This document shows, piece by piece, positions 46,101 to 56,683 of a DNA stretch of 64,000 nucleotides. Source of the stretch: Chlorokybus atmophyticus. Taxonomy: Eukaryota; Plantae; Mesostigma and Chlorokybus algae. A program made the position numbers and the translations under genes. The DNA lies in the NCBI GenBank assembly GCA_009103225.1, contig RHPI01000772.1:561312-625311 (forward strand), in the 5' to 3' direction. Below the pieces are notes generated by a model that saw only the letters and a list, made by a program, of their open reading frames with translations, was not told where the DNA came from and searched no databases. How positions within the stretch are numbered: the stretch's first letter is position 1; each line of letters begins with the position of its first letter.

Positions 46101-46876
46101 ACCGACACCTTTGCGTCGCGTAAGGCCAGCATAATGGCATCTCTCTTCTGCCGCTCGTTGTCTGGCTGCTTTGGCAGCACTGCCAGGCTCTCGACAGTGC
46201 CGTGCAACGGGAAGGAAGCTGCTAGCTCCAGCCATGCTTTCGTTCCCTGTACAGCACACGCAAACGGTAGCAATGAACACGTGTGCGGCATGATGGTCAA
46301 CATAGTCAGGTGTCGAGGCAAGGACGACGGAGCTTGCCAAGGCTCCATAGCAAGTTGTGCGGAAGCTGACTTGCCACAAAAGCAGCGTGCTCTCAAGTAT
46401 GCATGCACAAGAAACACATGTGAACTTCGACTGAACCTCACGCAACGCTGACTACAACGTTGGTTGGAAGCGGACTTGCCACGAATGCAGCGTGCTCGAG
46501 TATGCATGCACAACAGGCGTATGTGGTCAGCTTCAACCGAACCTCACACAATGCATTATTAACAACTTACGTAGAATACCAAACTGTTATGTATGCAAGG
46601 CATGGCTAGCAAGCAAAGTGTGCAATTGACCATGCATGCGTGCCAGTAATGTGCCATGTATAAGCCAGTTATATAATAATGAATTGTAGACACGAGCATG
46701 TTCCCAACCTCCGACGTGTGTATGGTGTAGATCTCAAGCAGGGACCCCTTGACGACCACCAAGTCGGGCAGCTTGTCGTCCTCGTCCTCCTCGTCGTCGT
46801 TGTGGGTCAGGAAGGCGGCGGCGCATTCAGTCACACCGGTAGGCTGGTGTAACGCCTTAAACGCAGCAAAGCTCAT
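40119..46876 (-). CDS. CPSF160: Cleavage and polyadenylation specificity factor 160 kDa subunit (CPSF1)
   Basis: N-terminus MSFAAFKALHQPTGVTEC; LHGTVESLAVL, DAKVSVLEWDD, VRADPQGRCAA, YIEPVVTLLHE..TWAG, LFLGSRVGNSML, CSGHGKNGSLVVLQRSVRP, LLGDVKKSLYFL, LNPQSYRA..IVDGELL..YEML. Confidence 0.96.
46361..46552 (+). repeat. Diverged direct duplication (period ~105 bp) in CPSF160 intron 1
   Basis: GGAAGCTGACTTGCCAC..GCAGCGTGCTC..AGTATGCATGCACAA..GAACCTCAC at 46361 recurs as GGAAGCGGACTTGCCAC..GCAGCGTGCTC.AGTATGCATGCACAA..GAACCTCAC at 46466. Confidence 0.8.
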
Positions 46877-47512
46877 AGTTTGTAGACAAACCAGCACCAC
46901 GCATCCGCTGCCTGCCTAACCCACGGCCGACCCAGCCGCCCACATGCTGGACGTTGCCGCCACCGCCAGTGTGTCCCGCAGCAGGAGTAACATGTTCATT
47001 GGGTCCAGGACGGGTCCTCCGCCTGGACTCGGGATAGGACCTTTGAGCAGGGCTAGAAGAAGGACCCAGTTGAAGCCGGATTGAGTGATTCCGCTACGGA
47101 GCGACGCTTCAATGCAAGGCGAGCTGGAATGGACGTTTAGATCTCGCTACCCGATTCTCGGTCTAGACCTCGGTCAGTGCTTCCAGTTAAACCTGCTTTC
47201 CAAGTCGCAGCCGGCATTTTAACATGTGGTATCAACCGTACAGTCCGCGCGAGACTCTGCTTCATTCTGTGGTTAGCAACTCCCCGTAACGGCTTGATAA
47301 TTCGGTTAGCAAGGGAGGTGCCAGCAAATGCAGATTTGGACTACGGTTTGCCGCCTAACAAACTTTCGGCAAAGACAGGTGGTGAGATCAACATCGAAAA
47401 AGATTGGCATGCCACCTGGCAGGTGGGAGTGGCGGTAGGGTTGGCGCCGGCGGCGGGGGCGGGGGCGGGGGCGTCGAGGTGCTGGCCGTGCGGTGGTGAG
47501 GCTCCCTCCACC

Positions 47513-50500
47513 ATGCAGGTGGTTGCGGGGTGCGCGGCGGCGGGGCCGGTGGTGGCGCCCGCTGCCGGCCCGAGGTTGTTAGGGCAGTCGCTGGCATGCG
47601 CCAGCAGCCCAGCCAGAGTGGGGGTACGGGCGGCGCTATCGTCCTCCTCCTCCGTATCGTTGTCGAGGTCGTTCTTTGGTAAAGATTTGCTGCGTGCGAG
47701 TGGCGATAGGATGGTTCGACGCCGCCGTGCCCCGCTGCTCCCGCCTATTCAGGCAGTCGCTCAGCCTGCAGCAGTTTCCAGTGACGGCGACGGCAATGTC
47801 AGAGACCCCCTGATAGACACTCAGCCCACTGCGCACAGTGTTCCTGGCTTCAAGGCAGAGCGTCTAAAAGTCTTTGCATCTATCGTTATTGGGTACGTTG
47901 CTGCATGATGCATTGCCATGCATGGCGCTGCTGCTCGCAACGAGTTACTTGGTCATGCTGCATTGCGTACTTGTCTGGGCCTTTGATCTCAACTTGTTGC
48001 CTTCAGTGCAACTGAGGACATTGCATGCCGACTGCATTATGCGCAGGCACTGTACCATCATCTGCATATTTGGTCTGTGGAGCTTGCACAAAAGCATTGG
48101 TACATGCCAGTAGTACAGCACATAGTCACAGTTACCACCTAGTCACTGCACAAACCTCCTGATTGAAATTGGAAAGAGTACTTTGCAAGTCCATGCTGAT
48201 GGTCTAGGCGCAGTGAAGTTGCTCAACATGTCTGTTGTCGCAATGTGCCATTGTGCTCGTTGTGCGTGTGATGCTTCGGTCCTGAAGTCCAGTTCCTTCG
48301 CTGTGCTATCCTTAATCAGTGTGTGCTGTGTTCTAAGCATGCACCTCATGCATGCGCAGAACACACGTGCTCGCTTACAAAGGTCCATAAACAATCTCCA
48401 CCCCTATTGTGTAGCTGATTGCAAGTGGACTATGTTGACAGGTACTCGTGCTACTACATCACGCGCAACAGCCTGACGTTCACTGCACCTGCTATGGTCG
48501 CTTCCCCTGATCTCAAACTAGACATCACCTCCATCGGTGTCATCACCTCCATCTTCCCCATGTTTTATGGTTTCTCAAAGTTCCTCTCAGGTAGGCAGTG
48601 TCACTTGCATGGAAGCAGCCTCATTAGTTGTATAAGATAGGCACTGAGGTCAGTATGCTCATTGCAGACCTGCAGTCATTGCCGGTAATGGTGTATCAAA
48701 GAGGCACTGCTGCAGCTTGCGCTGTTCTGTCAAGGAGAGTTCGGCAACATCAGCTGACCTAGCATTGGACCGTTTGCAGGTGTCATCTCGCAGAAGGTGT
48801 CATCGCGACTCATGTTGGCTGGTGGTTTGTTCCTTACTGGAGCCATCAATGCTGGATTCGGTTTGGGCTCTACGCTGGGTTGGTTCTCTGTGTTCTGGGG
48901 TAAGTCAAGGACAAGCTGCCCCATGCCATGGATGCAACAGAGCTTGTTCCGTTTAGCGGGTTAAGTGATGTGTGATTTCCTTCCCCAGCCATGAACGGTC
49001 TGCTTCAAGGCTTTGGTGCACCCAGCTGCGCCAAAATCCTGACGTCCTGGTTTGCAACCAAGGAGCGCGGCACATACTGGGGAATGTGAGTGCTGCGTGT
49101 CATGCAAACCCTCTTTGTCACAGCTGGTGCATCAACACGCTGCCCGACCCATTGACAAGCAGTTGGCTCTCGCATTGGTGCTTGTTATGCCAATCTGATT
49201 GTGCGCATCTTGCATCTACAGGTGGAATATAGCACACAACCTGGGTGGCTTCAGCGCACCCATCATTGCAGGAACGTGCGCAAAGCGGTATGGGTGGAGA
49301 TGGGGAATGTGGACGCCTGGGCTGGTGCGCATGTGCTGAAGGCATTGGTGTCGTTGTCTGGTTGTGTCGTAGTCTTTAAGGGAACTGTCTGTCGCAAACT
49401 GCGTTACAAACCTGCATGTGGACCAGTGTACCTGAAGCGTGTCTTCCGTATGCAGATTGGGCTTGTCGTTGGAACCCTTCTGCTTTTCTTTACCAAGGAC
49501 TCGCCTGAGAGCGCCGGTTACCCACCTGTTGAGCACGTCATGGTAAGTGCAAAGGAGTGGCAGTGGCAACCTGTTGGTGTTCGCCTGAGGCAGCGTGCTG
49601 AGTTTACAACACCCAACAGGCAAAGAATAAGGATGGAACCAAAGCAAAGGATCCCGAGGATGACCTCAGCCTGCTTCAGAACCTGTGGCAAAACGTCCTG
49701 TCTAACCCCTACATCTGGGGCTTGGCGCTCACATACTTCTGCATCTACCTTATCAGACAAGGCATTACATCGTGGTCAGTTTTCTACCTCATTGATCAAA
49801 AGGTGGGTTAAGATCAATGAAAAGACATACTGTTCACAGTTATGAGGCATGGCATGCCATCTTTTTGAACACCGTCATCTGATCCATACATATTCTGTAG
49901 GGAGTGCCCGATGCTGCTAGTGCCGCAGTCCGAGTGTCAGGTCTCGAGCTTGGCGGCCTCACTGGCAGTCTTGTGGCTGGGTTCTTGAGTGACAAGCTGG
50001 CAGCAAACTCCAAGTCGGGGACGGTCGGCAAGCGCCTGCAAGTTGTGATGGCGTACACAGTTGGCATTGCTGCCATGCTGGCAGGTGCGTTGTTCGCCAC
50101 ATTGGCATGACATGCGTGTATGTTTCCTCGTGGCAACTAAGACTAAACGCTACCTTGGTTATTACCAACAACCAAGAAACTAACTAGCTGCGTGAACAGC
50201 ATTCTGGGCGGTGCCCGCTTCCGCATGGGGCCTGCAGATTGCCATTGTTTTCATGATTGGCTTTTTCCTTTACGGCCCGCAGGTGCGCAGCAAGCTTGCT
50301 GACTTTACCTGCGTCGTAGTGCTTGCCGTGTAATCCCCACAAGTTGTGTGCAAGCACTGTAGCTGCTGTGTGCAGTCAGTTCATTCTTCAACCCTACTTG
50401 CTGTCGCAACAGACACACTGCCACCTGCCGGTCCTGATATTTCTGTGCTGCAGATGTTGATTGGGCTTTGTGGTGCTGAGCTGGTCGGACGGAAATCCGT

Positions 50501-50889
50501 GGGTGCAAGCGAGGGTTTCCTTGGTTGGGTTGCGTACTTGGGTGCCGCCAATGCTGGCGTCCCGCTGTCTATAATCGTGAAGAACTACGGCTGGCCTGCA
50601 TTCTTCAAGACATTGTTTGGCGCCTGTGGCGTTGCACTGTTGCTTCTGGCACCAATGGTAAGATACGCCTACCACAACTCACAGAGCCAATCTGTTGTTA
50701 CGAGTGTTGGTTATGCTTGCACAAGCTTGCATGTCTCTAGAAGCTGGACATGTGGTGTTGGACATTCTGTGAGTGATGGCCTTCAGCTGTCATCGTTGCA
50801 CTTGCTGAGCTCATTGTGTATGGCAGACCAATGCCAAGAGCTTTGTTGAGCGAGAAGCAGCGAAGCAATCGCCAGCACTGGCGACATAA
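47513..50889 (+). CDS. uhpC: UhpC/GlpT-type hexose-phosphate transporter (MFS, OPA family) with predicted plastid transit peptide
   Basis: A ~100-aa Ala/Ser/Arg-rich N-terminus precedes YYITRNSL, YGFSKFLSG, NGLLQGFG.P..SW F..KERGTYWG.WNI.HNLGG, KDSPES.GYPP, VL.NPYIW.LA..YF.IY.IRQG..SW, E.GGL.GSL.AG.LSDK and GFFLYGPQMLIGLCGAE..G.S.GFLGWVAYLGAA.AG.P. Confidence 0.94.
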
Positions 50890-52049
50890 GACCAAGCACA
50901 CGCCAAGCACTTTGTACACTTGTACTAAAATGGGACAGTTGTATCCTTACCACATTTGCTCGCCACACAGACTCGTAGTGAATAGGAACAGGCCGTGTGC
51001 GGTTATGTGCATATACTCGTGTTGATTGATTATGGTGCCTCAGACTGTGCACACTGCGTCTGCTCATGGCTGAGATTGTTGGGCCTCGCTTGCCCTGAGC
51101 CTTAAGAAGCTCTACGTGCTGGTTCCAAGTATAAGGCTTTCCTGATGAGTCGTCCGCTCAAAGCTCACAGTCTGTTGTGTGGGATTGGTGTCCTTACTAA
51201 TGTCACTTTTTCTGCAATCAGTCGTCAATGAGTTTGGTACCAACATTATTCGCTGCATTTTGTTCTAGTCTATGTAAGGGCCCCAGTGGCCTGCGTTGCA
51301 TGCGTTGAATGGCAACCACAACATGTAACTCACTACCATAGAGACGATGTGGCATAGTGGTTCATTATGTCATTTGACTCGTAGCCGCCCGTTTTGTGCA
51401 CGACACAGGGTATAGCAAGGAGGTGAACAAAGCATAGACAGCATAACACAACAGCAACAAGGAAAGGGCACGGCTCAAATCACTACACCACCAACACCAA
51501 CACCAACACCAAAACTAGTCAAGGGGCTGGTTTTATATGCCAATGCAACGGTAGGGTAGAGGCAAGCAGGCTGAAGTTGCGCCCAGGTATACTGGTGCAA
51601 CGCAGGACACATAGTACCATACCCCTTATATACATAACAATGTCGACCAGCAGCCCAAGCACCTGTCCTGCACATGCATAAAATCCTTCGTACAAACGCC
51701 TTTGCATGCAACCCAAATAAGTGCCAAACAAGCTGCCAACGGTCTGACCGGGGGACTTCCCGGCGCGAAGCAGGACCAGCGGCCGGAGAAGAAGCTCGCT
51801 GTTCTTTCTTTCAGGGGGGGTCTCCAGCTTAACCCACCCCACCCTGGCGATAACCATATGGCGAGGGCTGGGAAGGAGCTCGCTGTTCTTTCAACAATGT
51901 GCCTCGCTGTATACGCTGTCTCAAACCACTAGCCTGATTACCTCGGCCCAGACTACAGTAGAGGCTCTACTGTAGAGCAGACCAAGCCAGACCCCCCAGG
52001 CAGGCTAGTTGCACATGCAGCGGCGGTGGCAGTGCGGGGAGGGGCGGGT

Positions 52050-55000
52050 ATGGGTGCCGCGTCCCGCGCCGCGGAGGAGCTGCGCGCTCTCGTGGCGGAG
52101 GCCGAGGAGGGCGTGGGCGCCCTGCTGGCTGCGCTGGGATGGGCCGCTGCGGACGTCCTAGCGAATGCCGCAGCCGACAAGACACTCCTGCCCTGCAGAG
52201 TAGCAGGTGAGGAATGCATGCGCTTGGTTTGTGTTGTGCCTTTGTGTGCTGATCTGTTTTGTTTGTTGGTATGGCAAGGAGGACTTAATCATGCATGAGC
52301 GGGTCATGCTCGTCATGTGTGTAGTGTATACGTCAAACGGACAAACAAACAAACAAAAAGGAAACAACCGTAATTGCTATGCAGTGCTGAAACTACTGCC
52401 AGGTTGGAGTTCAAACAAACGCACTTGCGTACCATGCCTATACCCTTGCATGAGTAATTGCCTCACCGACTGAATCGCAAAAACTTTTTGCGCTCACAAG
52501 TATACCTTGCGATTCAGTTGGTGACGCTGTTCACATTGTTGCAGGATCAATGTCCATATTCATTTGGTTGTTGTCACATCCAATTCTGCGCATTGGCTCA
52601 TCAAGCATCTTGGTATTTTGTCTGCTGCGAGAGTGAAGGGGCTGTCAATAGGTTGATCCTATTGTGTTTGTGTTTGTGTTTGTGTTCGTGGTTGTGAAGC
52701 GACTGAGGCAGCAACTGGCTGCTTACGCATGCATTGTCTCTTTACACGCAGGCCAAATGCTTTGTTTGCAAGCCAGATATTAGTCAAGTGCTGACTGACT
52801 TCTGTGACTTGCAAAAGTCAGACAGCACTTGACTAGTAAAGTGTTAGCTCAATTGGTCACTGGTTTCTGTGTTTATGCGTCGGTCTGCGTGCTTGAGCAA
52901 TGTCGATGTTGACGTTGTATTACAACTGAATGCGCACAGCTGTTGACACAGCCGGAACCCCAGCTTCAAGTGTTGATTGCTTTCACCCAATGTGAGCTGT
53001 TTGCAACAATGCCATACTGATGTCTGATATTGCCGTCTCAGGCATTCGGCACTCAATGCCAGCGACAGCAATCTCAGAGCACAGCATTAGATGCCAGTTA
53101 ACGGCGCGGGGGATATCCCCGCAGCAGATTGAAGCGCGGCCACCCAGCGCCACTTTTCTATACCAAGATGCTCCTGGCGTGGTATCTTCAGTGCAGCCTC
53201 TGCCTTTGGTGCACGCAACTGCGGTAAGGGGAGACTGTTGGTGGGTTTGCGTGCATGCACGGCCGTGCTTACATGTGCGTGTGTGCAATAAATGTATGTA
53301 TGTTCGGCCAACAGTGCGTGACATCGCGCACGCAGCTAGATCCTTCTACTGCTCATGTCATCACGTCATGGACAAGCGACCAAGTCTCCACTAATGTTGG
53401 ATGTATGTGTGCATGCGCGCGTGTGTTTTTGTTGCCAACATGTTGGCCCCTATGCAACAGCGTGAGGATCCTTCGAGCATCATGGAGGTAGGCGGCATCA
53501 GCATCATCGTGTCGCGGCGAGCGCGTCGTGTCCACGCATATCCTTGCATTCGTATCCAACAATGTAGTTCACTTGTTGCAGTCTGTTTGAGTTGTTGTCT
53601 GCTCTTACTTGTGGCGGCTGCAACGGTCACTTTCCCTTCCAACTTATGCATTATATCAATTACTCAGTGGTCCTCAGCCACACGCTCGCTCCTTCACTCT
53701 TGTACACATGCACTCAACTCAACTCAACCATCCAATGAGTCATGTGTACATTTCTACATGCTGATCAAGAAGTGCTTTGCCTTGACACTTTTTGCCTCAA
53801 CTCCTTTGTACAGCTTGCTACTGCACCCGGCGATATCCACTCGCCACTTGTGTCCTCATGTGAGGACGAGGCGGATATCCTGCCTGCACCACCGATATCG
53901 CGCTGGCGCGCTCAGCAGGCAGTGCAGCGATGGCGGGCAATACCTCGCCGATATCTGCTGTGCGCAAGTATCGCCGATATCAGTGTCCGTCAGCTGACCG
54001 TCTGGGTTGCCGATATCTGTGCGGAGTTGAGCCTACCATCAGCGATACCAGAGCTGTATCGCTATGTGCGCGATTTTTGCATCTGGTTTTCTCACAAACG
54101 GTATCGCCCTCCTGATGATATCGCCACTGCATCGGAGGCTGTTTACTCCTTCGAGCGCGGCATGCGATTGCTCATAAACAACAATGTTGGAAGCAAAGCA
54201 CGCGAGTTTGTACTGGCTTTGTGGAGGAGATTTGCGTTGGCTGATAGTGGCTATGACATCGCAGTCAAGGCTGCGAGAGATGCAGTGTTAAAAGAAACTG
54301 CTGCTAATGCTGATGAAGAGACCTCATTGTCAACTGCTCAGCCTGATCCAGCTGTGTATCACAAGGCCATGATGGAACGCATTGAGATCGAACAGCGTTT
54401 GCTTGAGCGACTGCAACCTCAAGCTATGCCTGTGGCGCGGTAAGGTGTGGTCTTATGTGTGCATGTGGATGCGTGTGCGCATAGATGCAGTATGCATACG
54501 CGCGTGTACTCACACGCACACACGCATGCGTGCGTGGATATGTGTGAGCAGGTATGCATGGGGATATGTATGCGAGTTGAGTAACCAAGAGTTGTTGTTA
54601 TCTCAGCTGTCAGGAGCATGAAGCCTTCAGCACGCATGCTCAAGCAGTAAGAGCCAGCCGATCAGACTACAATCCAGTGCCCGAGTTTGACAGCTTTGCC
54701 CGGCTTGAGCAGGTTAGAAACCATGGCCAAGCGATAGCGTGGTATGTGTCCACATGCATGCATGTGTGTGTGCGTGCATGTGTGCGTGTGCGTGCGCATG
54801 CTTATATCGGTGCGTGTTTTCACATGCCAACCCAAACATTGTGTGACAGAGAGACATGGCAGAGCGGCAGAAGTCAAAGCTGGAGAGGCTTGCAGAGATG
54901 CGAGACTACAAGCGCAGGCGACAAAGGCATCGCAAAGCCGGTGTCACACGAAGGACACCAACAGAGGTAGTAAGCGCGTATACGTGTGCTGTGGGCATTG

Positions 55001-55842
55001 ACAGTTCTGCATGTGGGCGTGCGCGTACATGTTGCAATTTGATGCGACATACCTGTTGCGTGCATGGTTTTGGACTTTGCTGAGAACAATCAAACCTGCT
55101 CACAGGTATTGCGCACAATTATTGACGATCGCATGCACGAGCTGGAGTTATTGGCGGGCGGCATGCCTTCTGCCAGCCAGCATGGCAGGAATGCTGCGAG
55201 TGAACAACCTGAACGCAGTCCAACCGCTAGCACTCAGCCTACTGAGAGTGGTTGGCTACACCGTGTCAATGGTGTCGATGGGAGTCGAGAGTCACATCGC
55301 AGCAGAACAACAGCGGATGAAAGGTACACTTGTACTTGCTCACGCAGCAGGCAAGCGTTTTGATACAGTTTTGAGTGAAAATGTAAGTATGGGCCTGTTA
55401 TGTGTTTTGCATTGCTGCTGTCCGTTGTTGGTCATGTTCAGTTGACATGCCAACACTGACTGTGTGTATGCAATGTGCGTTCTTGCCTGCTTTATGCTAC
55501 AGACATGGACAGCAGTTTGGCTCTCGTGACACTGCGCACAAGGAAATAAAAAGCAGTCACAAGCATGGCGAGCACCGTGAACACAAGCATGATAGGTTGT
55601 CTGGCAAGCAAGAAGCAGCGGACAGTTCCAAGAGGCGGCGCAAGCATGATCACGACTCTGACAGGCAGGCTTGTGAGGATGATGATGGAAGGAGGCGAGA
55701 GCAGCGGAGAACACGCTATGACCGTCACGATGATGTGGATGAGCAAAGGCAACACAGTAGGCACCGCGACCGAAGCAGACAAACGAACTTCTTGCGTTCG
55801 GACAGCAAAGAGGTGGATGCTAGTGACAGGTGGCAGCCATAA
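52050..55842 (+). CDS. SNRNP48: U11/U12 snRNP 48 kDa protein (U11-48K)
   Basis: Exon 1 (52050-52206) splices to 53042 to form a CHHC-type zinc finger, CRVAGIRHSMPATAISEHSIRC. Later exons give LAEMRDYKRRRQRHRK..VTRRTPTE|VLRTIIDDRM (family-typical ERDYKRRR..R.P..VLR.II motif) and an Arg/Asp/Ser-rich tail. The internal exon structure at 53224-53813 is ambiguous. Confidence 0.82.
53538..53559 (+). promoter_or_regulatory. Tandem U12-type 5' splice-site motif (USSE-like U11 snRNP-binding splicing enhancer) in an SNRNP48 intron
   Basis: ATATCCTT (53538-53545), GCATTC, GTATCCAA (53552-53559), starting 77 nt downstream of a strong U2-type acceptor (..ATGCAACAG|53461). The host gene is the one in which USSEs are known. 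Confidence 0.72.
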
Positions 55843-56683
55843 AACAGCAGGAGAATCACTAGCTAGCTTGCTACTTGGGCTGCTCTGCTCAAGCCAGATG
55901 AGTGAAATTGTTTGCTGGTCGTGATTGCCAGTATTGCACCTGACAGCGTGTCATATGGCGTATGGTGCCAGCAGCTCCATCTGTGTGCAGAAATCCGAGG
56001 TGCTATTGCACATACGCGTGACAATGTATGACATCACAAAGCATTGCAACTGACTGTGCGTAAGAAGGTCAGAAGGTTAAGCAATTAACTGCACGCACTG
56101 CAACGGCATATATACAAGCAATAATTCACATAATGGGTTGGCCCAAGCCCCTAGACAACAGCGAAAAAGGTATCACCGTCAGTATGTGAGGCTGTTGTGT
56201 ATGTGCATTGTGCATGTGCAGTACATGGCCATTGTGCCATACCATGCATGCCATTGCCAACAGCAACCAGTCATACAGCACCACCGGGCTAGCACACATT
56301 GACTCTATGCCATTAGCACAATCTCGTACATCTCTTTGGCAATTACTTGGTTACCGACTCCCAATGAGACATGCATACATGTGCGCAAAAGGACGCCAAC
56401 ACAGAAGCGGTCTGGTCTGACATTGTGGTTGAACAGAAGACTTGAACTTCTACACTGCAGATGCTGAACCAGAGACGTGCTCTTGCTTGCCTTGTCAGCA
56501 GTAGGCTGCGACTGACTACTGTTGTTAGCTGACCGGATCACATCGTGACCAAGCGAACACCAGTGCACCCTACATGATGCATGCAGCACGGCGCAAGAGT
56601 GGTAGCGACTGCAACAATGCAGCATACAACACACTGTACAATAATAACCAAGCAATTGGGTTGCCGCTGTTATTGAACTGCCA

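Noticed and set aside
51748-51761. Minus-strand GGGAAGTCCCCCGG resembling the RNase MRP CR-I motif
   Set aside because: No GARAR-loop P8/P9 element and no 3' P4 partner strand were found downstream.
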